DNA of 64,000 nt from NCBI GenBank assembly GCA_040954595.2, contig CM082582.2, positions 13,937,381-14,001,380 of the forward strand, given 5' to 3'. Below the pieces are notes generated by a model, which did not search any database, was not told the origin of the DNA, and was given only the letters and a program-made list of their open reading frames with translations. The DNA comes from Balanoglossus misakiensis (lineage: Eukaryota > Animalia > Hemichordata). Both the position numbers and the translations under genes were made by a program. This document shows, piece by piece, positions 1 through 11,466 of the stretch. Position 1 is the first letter of the stretch. Each line of letters starts with the position of its first letter.

Positions 1-217
1 CATTAAAAAATTGGTGTGAATACTGAGCGTGTAAACCGTTTTTGAACGTAAACTGTGATTAGATCAGAAAGATAAGCATATGCTTTATGGAGGAAAATTT
101 TATATAAAAAAAACAAGAATTTTGAAATTAATCCTAGCGTGGATCGGCAACCGATGAAGCTCTCTCTTCACTGGTGGATGTGTTGGTGCATTTTGTGCGA
201 GTAACTAGACGAGCGTC

Positions 218-376
218 AGTATCAAAAGTTTTCGAAAAGCCTATAAAAGGACAATAAAAGTTGCCACCTTTGCATGTTAAATACTTTTGAACACCAGATT
301 GTAATATAAAAATGCTATCTATGGTTAAATATCCTCTACGGAACCCAGCGTGGGCTTCATTAAATTCAAGTTGCAT
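218..376 (-). mobile_element. Degenerate non-LTR retrotransposon (LINE) reverse-transcriptase fragment
   Basis: Translation EAHAGFRRGYLTIDSIFILQSGVQKYL...FYCPFIGFSKTFDT matches the non-LTR RT motifs Q-x-GFR-x-G-x-ST-x-D-x-IF and F-[IV]-DF-x-KAFD with substitutions. Similarity is lost after FDT. Confidence 0.85.
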
Positions 377-588
377 TTTTTGGCAGGTGGTCGACAGTTT
401 GTAACATGAGGGAATTGTTATTGTGTAGGCGGAAAACTTTATTGTGGATGCTGTTGATGAATTGTGCTTCAGGCATTAAGATTTCCATGGCATTGCAGTA
501 ATGAACTTTACACTTCAATTCTACTAATGCATGTTTTTATAGATCCTTATTCAATTTGAGTGTGTTTTATCATAGACCATGTAGCGTC

Positions 589-2160
589 CATGATCGCAGA
601 TGAAGATATTTGGATGCTAAATGAAGAGAAGACACAGGTTTTTAGTCAGCATTTTAAGAGTTTATAATGAGAATGAAGGGATTGCGTTCAGTCCAGTTTT
701 TTTCTTAAAGCGGCAAAATCGCTTTTTGACCTTTCAATGATATCAAGTATACATTGATTACTCGTATTATGTTTGTGTTAAAAATTGATGTTGATTTGTA
801 ACCATCATTTTCTGTCATACAAAAGCAATCTCTAAACGGTCAAAATGAGTGAATTTTGCTCCTTAATCTGTTGATCCAGTGAAAATTAATGACTTTTCGT
901 ATGCGTTCCCTTGATCTCACTGGTTACGTGCGCAGAATTGCAATTATGTAAATTAGCACACTTGTCTACTATCACAGTTGGAGAGCTTCCCAATTGTTGC
1001 AGCCATTGGGAAAACTTCATGACAAGAAGGATTCAGATTAGGACACAGTATGAATTCTCATAGACATACATGCATACATGCATACATACATACATACATA
1101 CATACATACATACATACATACATACATACATACATACATACATACATACATACATACATACATACATACATACATACATACATACATACATACATACATA
1201 CATACATACATACATACATACATACATACATACATACATACATACATACATACATACATACATACATACATACATACATACATACATACATACATACATA
1301 CATACATACATACATACATACATACATACATACATACATACATACATACATACATACATACATACATACATACATACATACATACATACATACATACATA
1401 CATACATACATACATACATACATACATACATACATACATACATACATACATACATACATACATACATACATACATACATACATACATACATACATACATA
1501 CATACATACATACATACATACATACATACATACATACATACATACATACATACATACATACATACATACATACATACATACATACATACATACATACATA
1601 CATACATACATACATACATACATACATACATACATACATACATACATACATACATACATACATACATACATGAACATGTGTGTTTAATGTGTGTTAAAAC
1701 AATATTACAGAGAGAACAAGTCTGTAACCATTTAACTCAACTATGCTTATTTAACTGTAGCCTAAATGTCCATATGATTCAGTAATTCTAAAAATTACAT
1801 GTATGCATTGAGGAAATTTTGTTTAGTGAATTGTGCAGTCAAATCAAATTGATTCAATCTAGAAAACTGTTTGTGCCATTTCAGCCATTTTTTCTAACTT
1901 CAATATTAACGTACTAACACACCATTAACTAACTATAACAACTAATACTTTGGCTGGAGTGGTATAAGCAGGCTATAAGAAACTTTTATTCTTGTGACTA
2001 TTTCTAGTTTTCATAATGAGCCAGTTAGAAGTATACAGATGAAATTAAGTATTGTATTCTAATTCAATTTAAAATAGCTGTATTTCCCAAAACCTGAAAG
2101 TGAAGGTCAGGAAAATTACTCATTTCAAATTTTAGGGTACAGAATTGTTCTCTATGTATG
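589..2160 (+). repeat. Diverged duplicated segment, copy A (paralogous to 9142-9970)
   Basis: Colinear shared blocks: gtttataatgagaatgaag, aaggattcagattaggacacagta, aactgtagcctaaatgtccat, gtttgtgccatttcagcca, cccaaaacctga-x-agtgaaggtcaggaaaatta, gggtacagaa. Confidence 0.9.
1064..1671 (+). repeat. (TACA)n microsatellite, ~150 units
   Basis: Near-perfect tetranucleotide run. Confidence 0.99.
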
Positions 2161-2328
2161 TATGTATGTATGTATGTATGTATGTATGTATGTATGTATG
2201 TATGTATGTATGTATGTATGTATGTATGTATGTATGTACGTATGTATGTATGTATGTATGTATGTATGTATGTATGTATGTATGTATGTATGTATGTATG
2301 TATGTATGTATGTATGTATGTATGTATG

Positions 2329-2359
<31 letters not shown>

Positions 2360-2536
2360 TGTATGTAATGTATGTATGTAATGTATGTAATGTATGTATG
2401 TATGTATGTATGTATGTATGTATGTATGTATGTATGTATGTATGTATGCAATGTATGTAATGTATGTAATGTATGTAATGTATGTAATGTATGTAATGTA
2501 TGTAATGTATGTAATGTATGTATGCATGTATGTAAT
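2153..2536 (+). repeat. (TATG)n microsatellite with (TATGTAATG)n variant segments
   Basis: Tetranucleotide run, reverse complement of the 1064-1671 tract; 9-mer variants near 2355-2395 and 2450-2536. Confidence 0.99.
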
Positions 2537-2766
2537 TAGACTAGCCCACTAGTCGCTTGGTGATTTTTAAATCTCAATACTTTTTGTGTTTTCGGTGGTT
2601 TTTTGTCTTAATAAATAATTTCAATACTTTTTGCATGCATGCTTGCCTTAAGCGTGTTTTTGGTAGTGAGGCGAGTTTCGAATTTGCGACTGAGCTTGTG
2701 GTTTCGGGTAGCGTCGACCAAGCTCGACACGTTCCCTACACAGACCATAGACTTGGAGCAAGTCTA
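2537..2766. mobile_element. 230-bp non-autonomous insertion with TAGACT...AGTCTA ends and terminal hairpins
   Basis: Interrupts the GTATGTAAT repeat. Left hairpin GACTAG-CCCA-CTAGTC; right hairpin TAGACTTG-GAG-CAAGTCTA (2748-2766). Confidence 0.65.
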
Positions 2767-2979
2767 GTATGTAATGTATGCATCTATGTAATGTATGTGT
2801 ATGTGAATCCCTAATGTATCCTTGTCCGAATTTTATCTTGTCATGAAGTTCTCCCAATGTCTACAATAGTTGAGAAGCTTTCCAACCGTGATGGTAGATA
2901 AGTTTAGCAAATTTTTGGTAATTGTTTACTTGTGTGCTATAATATAACAGAAACTAACAATTGAAGTATAATTGCTTTA

Positions 2980-5900
2980 AGTTAAGCAGGAAGGATGACG
3001 ACAAAATTCCAAATGATGCCAATGGTAGAAGTGGACAAGGACTTGATTTTCCAGCCAGCCAATAGAGTACTTGCATGATGGCAGATGAAGCAAGTTCAAG
3101 CATGAAGACTGATGTATAATTTCTGAATGGTGCCAACGGTAGAAGTTGACAAGGACCTGGTCTTGCAGTCAGCCAATAAACAACTTGCATGATGGCAGAT
3201 GAAGATATATGGATGTCAAATGAAGAAAACGTACAGGTTTGCAGGCAACAAGTGTATATTGGAACAAATTCAAACTTAACTCATTGAATCAATTTTATGA
3301 ACTATGTCACCACTTTGTTCATTGATCATGAATAATTTTTTTTCTGTTGTTTTGTTAGAATATGCCGAAGAATGCAGGCTGATGTTGTGTATCTGAATGT
3401 TGCCATTGGTAGAAGTGGACAAGGACTTGGTCTTGCTTTCACCTAATAAACTCTGTATGATAGCAGATGAAGATATATGGATGTCAAATTAAGAAAAAAT
3501 ACAGGTTTGCAGTCAACATTTTAAGAGTGTATATAGTGTTGGAACAAATCCAAACTTAACTCATTGAATCAATTTTATAAAATATGTCACCATTTTGTTC
3601 ATTGATCATGAATAATTTTTTTTCTGTTGTTTTGTTAGAATATGGCGAAGAGTGCAGGCTGATGTTGAGTATCTGAATGTTGAAATTGGTAGAAGTGGAC
3701 AAAGATTTGGTTTCCCAGTCACCCAATAAACTACTTGCATGATGGCAGATGAAGATATTTGGATGTCAAATAAAGAAAACATACAGGTTTGCAGTCAACA
3801 TTTTAAGAGTGTATATAGTGTTGGAACAAATCCAAACTTAACTCATTGAATCAATTTTATAAAATATGTCACCACTTTGTTCATTGATCATGAATAATTT
3901 TTTTCTGTTGTTTTGTTAGAATATGGCGAAGAGTACAGGCTGATGTTGTGTATCTGAATGTTGCCATTGGTAGAAGTGGACAAGGACATGGTTTCCCAGT
4001 CACCCAATAAACTACTTGCATGATGGCAGATGAAGATATTTGGATGTCAAATAAAGAAAACATACAGGTATGCAGTCAACATTTTAAGAGTGTATATAGT
4101 GTTGGAACAAATCCAAACTTAACGCATTGAATCAATTTTATAAAATATGTCACCACTTTGTTCATTGATCATGAATAATTTTTTTTTGTTGTTTTGTTAG
4201 AATATGGCGAAGAGTGCAGGCTGATGTTGAGTATCTGAATGTTGAAATTGGTAGAAGTGGACAAAGATTTGGTTTCCCAGTCACCCAATAAACTACTTGC
4301 ATGATGGCAGATGAAGATATTTGGATGTCAAATAAAGAAAACATACAGGTTTGCAGTCAACATTTTAAGAGTGTATATAGTGTTGGAACAAATCCAAACT
4401 TAACTCATTGAATCAATTATATAAAATATGTCACCACTTTGTTCATTGATCATGAATAATTTTTTTCTGTTGTTTTGTTAGAATATGGCGAAGAGTGCAG
4501 GCTGATGTTGTGTATCTGAATGTTGCCATTGGTAGAAGTGGACAAGGACATGGTCTTCCAGTCAGCCAATAAACTACTTGCATGATGGCAGATGAAGATA
4601 ATTGGATGTCAAATAAAGAAAACATAAAGGTTTGCAGTCAACATTTTAAGAGTGTATATAGTGTTGGAACAAATCGAAACTTAACTCATTGAATCAATTT
4701 TATAAAATATGTCACCACTTTGTTCATTGATCATGAATAATTTTTTTCTGTTGTTTTGTGAGAATATGGCGAAGAGTGCAGGCTGATGTTGTGTATCTGC
4801 ATGTTGCCATTGGTAGAAGTGGACAAGGACATGGTTTCCCAGTCACCCAATAAACTACTTGCATGATGGCAGATGAAGATATTTGGATGTCAAATAAAGA
4901 AAACATAAAGGTTTGCAGTCAACATTTTAAGAGTGTATATAGTGTTGGAACAAATCCAAACTTAACTCATTGAATCAATTTTATAAAATATGTCACCACT
5001 TTGTTCATTGATCATGAATAATTTTTTTCTGTTGTTTTGTTAGAATATGGCGAAGAGTGCAGGCTGATGTTGTGTATCTGCACGTTGCCATTGGTAGAAG
5101 TGGACAAAGACATGGTTTCCCAGTCACCCAATAAACTACTTGCATGATGGCAGATGAAGATATTTGGATGTCAAATAAAGAAAACATAAAGGTTTGCAGT
5201 CAACATTTTAAGAGTGTATATAGTGTTGGAACAAATCAAAACTTAACTCATTGAATCAATTTTATAAAATATGTCACCACTTTGTTCATTGATCATGAAT
5301 AATTTTTTTCTGTTGTTTTGTTAGAATATGGCGAAGAGTGCAGGCTGATGTTGTGTATCTGAATGTTGCCAATGGTAGAAGTGGACAAGGACTTCGTCTT
5401 CCAGTCAGCCAATAAAGTACTTCCATGATGGCAGATGAAGCAAGTTCAAGCATGAAGAATGATGTTTAATTTCAAAATGGTGCCAACGGTAGAAGTGGAC
5501 AAGGACTTGGTCTTGCAGTCAGCCAATAAAAAACTTGCATGATGGCAGATGAAGATATATGGATGTCAAATGAAGAAAACGTACAGGTTTGCAGGCAACA
5601 AGTGTATATTGGAACAAATTCAAACTTAACTCATTGAATCAATTTTATAAAATATGTCACCACTTTGTTCATTGATCATGAATAATTTTTTTCTGTTGTT
5701 TTGTTAGAATATGGCGAAGAGTGCAGGCTGATGTTGTGTATCTGAATGTTGCCATTGGTAGAAGTGGACAAGGACATGGTCTTCCAGTCAGCCAATAAAC
5801 TACTTGCATGATGGCAGATGAAGATAATTGGATGTCAAATAAAGAAAACATAAAGGTTTGCAGTCAACATTTTAAGAGTGTATATAGTGTTGGAACAAAT

Positions 5901-8900
5901 CAAAACTTAACTCATTGAATCAATTTTATAAAATATGTCACCACTTTGTTCATTGATCATGAATAATTTTTTTCTGTTGTTTTGTGAGAATATGGCGAAG
6001 AGTGCAGGCTGATGTTGTGTATCTGCATGTTGCCATTGGTAGAAGTGGACAAGGACATGGTTTCCCAGTCACCCAATAAACTACTTGCATGATGGCAGAT
6101 GAAGATATTTGGATGTCAAATAAAGAAAACATAAAGGTTTGCAGTCAACATTTTAAGAGTGTATATAGTGTTGGAACAAATCCAAACTTAACTCATTGAA
6201 TCAATTTTATAAAATATGTCACCACTTTGTTCATTGATCATGAATAATTTTTTTCTGTTGTTTTGTTAGAATATGGCGAAGAGTGCAGGCTGATGTTGTG
6301 TATCTGCATGTTGCCATTGGTAGAAGTGGACAAAGACATGGTTTCCCAGTCACCCAATAAACTACTTGCATGATGGCAGATGAAGATATTTGGATGTCAA
6401 ATAAAGAAAACATAAAGGTTTGCAGTCAACATTTTAAGAGTGTATATAGTGTTGGAACAAATCAAAACTTAACTCATTGAATCAATTTTATAAAATATGT
6501 CACCACTTTGTTCATTGATCATGAATAATTTTTTTCTGTTGTTTTGTTAGAATATGGCGAAGAGTGCAGGCTGATGTTGTGTATCTGAATGTTGCCAATG
6601 GTAGAAGTGGACAAGGACTTCGTCTTCCAGTCAGCCAATAAAGTACTTCCATGATGGCAGATGAAGCAAGTTCAAGCATGAAGAATGATGTTTAATTTCT
6701 AAATGGTGCCAACGGTAGAAGTGGACAAGGACTTGGTCTTGCAGTCAGCCAATAAAAAACTTGCATGATGGCAGATGAAGATATATGGATGTCAAATGAA
6801 GAAAACGTACAGGTTTGCAGGCAACAAGTGTATATCGGAACAAATTCAAACTTAACTCATTGAATCAATTTTATAAAATATGTCACCATTTTGTTCATTG
6901 ATCATGAATAATTTTTTTCTGTTGTTTGTTAGAATATGGCGAAGAGTGCAGGCTGATGTTGTGTATCTGAATGTTGCCAATAGTAGAAGTGGACAAGGAC
7001 ATGGTCTTCCAGTCAGCCAATAAAGTACTTCCATGATGGCAGATGAAGCAAGTTCAAGCATGAAGAATGATGTTTAATTTCTAAATGGTGCCAACGGTAG
7101 AAGTAGACAAGGACTTGGTCTTGCAGTCAGCCAATAAAAAACTTGCATGATGGCAGATGAAGATATATGGATGTCAAATGAAGAAAACGTACAGGTTTGC
7201 AGGCAACAAGTGTACATTGGAACAAATTCAAACTTAACTCATTGAATCAATTTTATAAAATATGTCACCACTTTGTTCATTGATCATGAATAATTTTTTT
7301 CTGTTGTTTGTTAGAATATGGCGAAGAGTGCAGGCTGATGTTGTGTATCTGAATGTTGCCAATAGTAGAAGTGGACAAGGACATGGTCTTCCAGTCAGCC
7401 AATAAAGTACTTCCATGATGGCAGATGAAGCAAGTTCAAGCATGAAGAATGATGTTTAATTTCTAAATGATGCCAACGGTAGAAGTGGACAAGGACTTGG
7501 TCTTGCAGTCAGCCAATAAAAAACTTGCATGATGGCAGATGAAGCAAGTTCAAGCATGAAGAATGATGTTTAATTTCTAAATGGTGCCAACGGTAGAAGT
7601 GGACAAGGACTTGGTCTTGCAGTCAGCCAATAAAAAACTTGCATAATGGCAGATGAAGATATATGGATGTCAAATGAAGAAAACGTACAGGTTTGCAGGC
7701 AACAAGTGTATATTGGAACAAATCCAAGCTTAACTCATTGAATCAATTTAATAATATATGTCACCACTTTGTTCATTGATCATGAATAATTTTTTTTCTG
7801 TTGTTTTGTTAGAATATGGCAAAGAGTGCAGGCTGATGTTGTGTATCTGAATGTTGCCATTGGTAGAAGTGGACAAGGACTTGGTTTCCCAGTCACCCAA
7901 TAAACTACTTGCATGATGGCTGATGAAGATATTTGGATGTCAAATTAAGAAAACATAAAGGTTTGCAGTCAACATTTTAAGAGTGTATATAGTGTTGGAA
8001 CAAATCCAAGCTTAACTCATTGAATCAATTTTATAAACTATGTCACGACTTTGTTCATTGATCATGAATAATTTTTTTTCTGTTGTTTTGTTAGAATATG
8101 GCGAAGAGTGCAGGCTGATGTTGTGTATCTGAATGTTGCCAATGGTAGAAGTGGACAAGGACTTGGTCTTGCAGTCAGCCAATAAAGTACTTGCATGATG
8201 GCAGATGAAGCAAGTTCAAGCATGAAGAATGATGTTTAATTTCTAAATGATGCCAACGGTAGAAGTGGACAAGGACTTGGTCTTGCAGTCAGCCAATTAA
8301 CAACTTGCATGATGGCAGATGAAGATTTATGGATGTCAAATGAAGAAAACGTACAGGTTTGCAGTCAACAAGTGTATATAGTATTGGAACAAATTCAAAC
8401 TTAACTCATTGAATCAATTTTATAATATATGTCACCACTTTGTTCATTGATCATGAATCATTTTTTGTCTGTTGTTTTGTTAGAATATGTCGAAGAGTGC
8501 AGGCTGATGTTGTGTATCTGAATGTTGCCATTGGTAGAAGTGGACAAGGACTTGGTTTCCCAGTCACCCAATAAACTACTTGCATGATGGCAGATGAAGA
8601 TATTTGGATGTCAAATAAAGAACACATACAGGTTTGCAGTCAATATTTTAAGAGTGTATATAGTGTTGGAACAAATCAAAGCTTAACTCATTGAATCAAT
8701 TTAATAATATATGTCACCACTTTGTTCATTGATCATGAATAATTTTTTTCTGTTGTTTTGTTAGAATATGGCGAAGAGTGCAGGCTGATGTTGTGTATCT
8801 GAATGTTGCCATTGGTAGAAGTGGACATGGACATGGTCTTCCAGTCACCCAATAAACTACTTGCATGATGGCAGATGACCATATCTGGTTTTCAAATGAA

Positions 8901-9220
8901 GAAAATGTAAAGGTTTGTAGTCAATATTTTAAGAGTGCGTGTAGTATTGGAACACATCCAAATTTAACTTAAGCTGAATGAATCAATTCTATAAAACGTG
9001 TCCCCACTTCATTCATTAAACACGAATCTCTGTTTTCTGTTTCTTTCTTAGCTGAAGCTGAAGTGTGAAGACTGGTGATTTTCCAAATGATGATGATGGT
9101 AGAAATGGACAAGGCCTACCAGCAACCCAATGAAATACTTGCATCTTGGCAGATGAAGTCTGAATGCCAGATAAAGAGAAGACATAGATTGTCAGTCAGC
9201 ATTTTAGGAGTTTATAATGA
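2980..9220 (+). repeat. AT-rich tandem array of 281-bp units with ~382/383-bp variants (internal 114-bp duplication), ~20 units
   Basis: Period 281 (3881, 4162, 4443, 4724, 5005), 382 (6852 to 7234), and a 1226-bp four-unit duplication (4443/5669, 4724/5950, 5005/6231). Terminal units are more diverged. Confidence 0.97.
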
Positions 9221-9970
9221 GAATGAAGAGAAAACTTATAGATTGTCTTCTGTCCAGTTTTCTATTAAAGTGTCACAATCTCTCTTTTTGAGCTTTGAAT
9301 GTTGTCAACTATACATTGAATACTTGCATTAGATTTCTGTGTTAAAAATAATGATTTTTAACTTCATCATTCTGTTTCAAACGAAATTAATCTCTAAAAG
9401 ATAAAAAACAGCGAATGTTGCTGTTTAATCTATTTATCCAGTGGGGACTATGACATTGACTTTCCTTACATGTTCCCTTGAGCCCACTGGTTATATGTTA
9501 TGATAAGGAAGGATTCAGATTAGGACACAGTATTACTTATATAACTGTAGCCTAAATGTCCATAGATACAGTATTTCTTAGAATCACAAGTTTGCACAGA
9601 GCAAACTTTGTTCAGTGAATTTTGCAGTCAAAGCAAATTGATTCAATCTCTGAAATTGTTTGTGCCATTTCAGCCAGCCAACTCAAACACTAACCCTAAC
9701 CCTAACTCTAACTCTAACCCTAACCCTAACCTTAACCCTTACCCTAACAACTAATACTTAGGCTGGTATGGTATAAACAGGCTCAAGGAAACTCTTTTTA
9801 ATAATGGGCTCCAATTTGTTCACCAGTTAAAATTCACAGATGAAAATATGTTTAAGTATTGTATTTTAATTCAATTTCAATTACCTGTCATTCCCAAAAC
9901 CTGATAGTGAAGGTCAGGAAAATTAATAAATTTGAATTGTATGGGTACAGAAATGTCCTCTATGTATGCA
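9142..9970 (+). repeat. Diverged duplicated segment, copy B (paralogous to 589-2160, lacking the long microsatellites)
   Basis: Same colinear blocks as copy A; ends in a short tatgtatgca. Confidence 0.9.
9691..9748 (+). repeat. Degenerate interstitial telomeric tract (CCCTAA)n
   Basis: taaccctaaccctaactctaactctaaccctaaccctaaccttaacccttaccctaac. Confidence 0.85.
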
Positions 9971-9974
9971 TTTA

Positions 9975-10053
9975 TGACCCCAACCCTGACCCGTTCCACC
10001 CTGCCGTTGCGGCAGACACTTGACACTTGACCCCAACCCTGCCCCGTTCCACC
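9975..10053 (+). repeat. 1.5-copy direct repeat, 53-bp period
   Basis: tgaccccaaccctg(a/c)cccgttccacc at 9975 and 10028. Confidence 0.85.
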
Positions 10054-10063
10054 AAGCCAATCG

Positions 10064-10679
10064 GCTCCAATCCCCCTCCAGTCTGCTCCAGTGCCCCTCC
10101 AGTCTGCTCCAGTGCCCCTCCAGTCTGCTCCAGTGCCCCTCCAGTCTGCTCCAGTGCCCCTCCAGTCTGCTCCAATGCCCCTCCAATCCCCCTCCAGTCT
10201 GCTCCAATGCCCCTCCAGTCTGCTCCAATGCCCCTCCAGTCTGCTCCAATGCCCCTCCAGTCTGCTCCAATGCCCCTCCAGTCTGCTCCAATGCCCCCCC
10301 TGTCTGCTCCAATGCCCCTCCAGTCTGCTCCAGTGCCCCTCCAGTCTGCTCCAATGCCCCTCCAGTCTGCTCCAGTGCCCCTCCAGTCTGCTCCAGTGCC
10401 CCTCCAGTCTGCTCCAGTGCCCCTCCAGTCTGCTCCAGTGCCCCTCCAGTCTGCTCCAGTGCCCCTCCAGTCTGCTCCAGTGCCCCTCCAGTCTGCTCCA
10501 GTGCCCCTCCAGTCTGCTCCAGTGCCCCTCCAGTCTGCTCCAGTGCCCCTCCAGTCTGCTCCAATGCCCCTCCAGTCTGCTCCAATGCCCCTCCAGTCTG
10601 CTCCAATGCCCCTCCAGTCTGCTCCAAAGCCCCTCCAGTCTGCTCCAGTGCCCCTCCAGTCTGCTCCAGTGCCCCTCCA
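10064..10679 (+). repeat. 21-bp minisatellite (CCAGTCTGCTCCA[G/A]TGCCCCT)n, ~29 copies
   Basis: Direct inspection. Confidence 0.98.
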
Positions 10680-10889
10680 ACTCCTCCAACTCCTCCTCCA
10701 ACTCCTCCTCCAACTCCTCCAACTCCTCCTCCAACTCCTCCTCCAACTCCTCCAACTCCTCCTCCAACTCCTCCAACTCCTCCTCCTCCTCCTCCAACTC
10801 CTCCTCCAACTCCTCCTCCAACTCCAACCTCTCCTCCAACTCCTCCTCCTCCTCCTCCAACTCCTCCAACTCCTCCTCCAACTCCTCCT
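10676..10889 (+). repeat. Low-complexity (CTC)n/CAA trinucleotide tract
   Basis: ctccaactcctc-type mixed trinucleotide repeat continuous with the minisatellite. Confidence 0.95.
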
Positions 10890-11132
10890 TTGCTGCTGCT
10901 TGAAAACATACGTTCACATATGTCAGATGATGGACACATACAGATAACAGAACATTACAGGATTCAATGTCAATTTACAACTCCACACAATGCACACCAT
11001 CTAATGAACGTTCAACTTGTCTGAGCGAGTATTATGGCTAACAATAGAAAGCACACAAATATTCTGTGTAAGAAACATAAGACGTAAAATTCAGGAAGCT
11101 TGTCTGTTGAGATGTGTCACTGTAATACTTAC

Positions 11133-11466
11133 ATTTGTCTGTGGCAAGCTGCTGGCAGTAAATGACAATGTTTGAGTAAACAGGCCAGAGTACATCTGGA
11201 TGCAGCGTCCAGAAGTGGTTCCTCTGTTACTTCATTTGTATCCCAATCTGTGAAGACAACAATTAAGTTTCAGTCACAGCCTTCAGTGGATTCAAACCTT
11301 GCCAAGTGACTCTTCTGCTAAGAACCACAGAGAGTTTTCACTTACCCCTGTGCCTCGCATATTCCTGCATATTCATCCATATTGACTGTGCCGGCTCTCT
11401 GCTTATTCCTAGGATGAGATCCATTAATACATTCTGCGTGGATCTTCAGGAAGGTACCTTCTCACA
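11133..11466 (-). pseudogene. HERC1: Two-exon fragment of a HERC1-like giant HECT E3 ligase gene, disrupted and truncated by the satellite
   Basis: Minus strand: exon A ends at 11346 (G|GTAAGT), 98-nt intron with acceptor ttgttgtcttcacag, exon B 11247-11133 ending AT|GTAAGT. Spliced frame: RSTQNVLMDLILGISREPAQSIWMNMQEYARHR-DWDTNEVTEEPLLDAASRCTLACLLKHCHLLPAACHRQ, resembling recalled vertebrate HERC1 (DLALGCSKEPARSLWISMQDYAVSKDWD...LLDTVSRFVLAALLKH). In-frame TGA at 11446-11448. Identified from memory, not BLAST. Confidence 0.78.

Larger units (their letters stand above)
950..2913. mobile_element. Foldback-like inverted structure: unique arm + microsatellite on each side of a ~480-bp spacer
   Basis: 950-1080 (cttgtctactatcacagttggagagcttc...gggaaaacttcatgacaaga...catagacataca) aligns to the reverse complement of 2767-2913 (cttatctaccatcacggttggaaagcttc...gggagaacttcatgacaaga...catacacataca). 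Confidence 0.6.

Noticed and set aside
1051-1745. (TACA)n block as a retro-insertion with TATG target duplication
   Set aside because: The inverted copy at 2767-2913 shows continuity across 1051, so deletion in paralogue B is more parsimonious.
1033-2527. MYVC/HTYI repeat ORFs
   Set aside because: Translations of tetranucleotide microsatellites.
3881-7443. Repeated 60-69 aa minus-strand ORFs in the 281-bp array
   Set aside because: No recognisable domain; units differ by frameshifting indels.
9877-11024. Glu-, Gly- or Pro-rich ORFs of 270-346 aa
   Set aside because: Open in nearly all frames because of the 21-bp and trinucleotide repeats; no domain and no recognisable HERC1 continuation.
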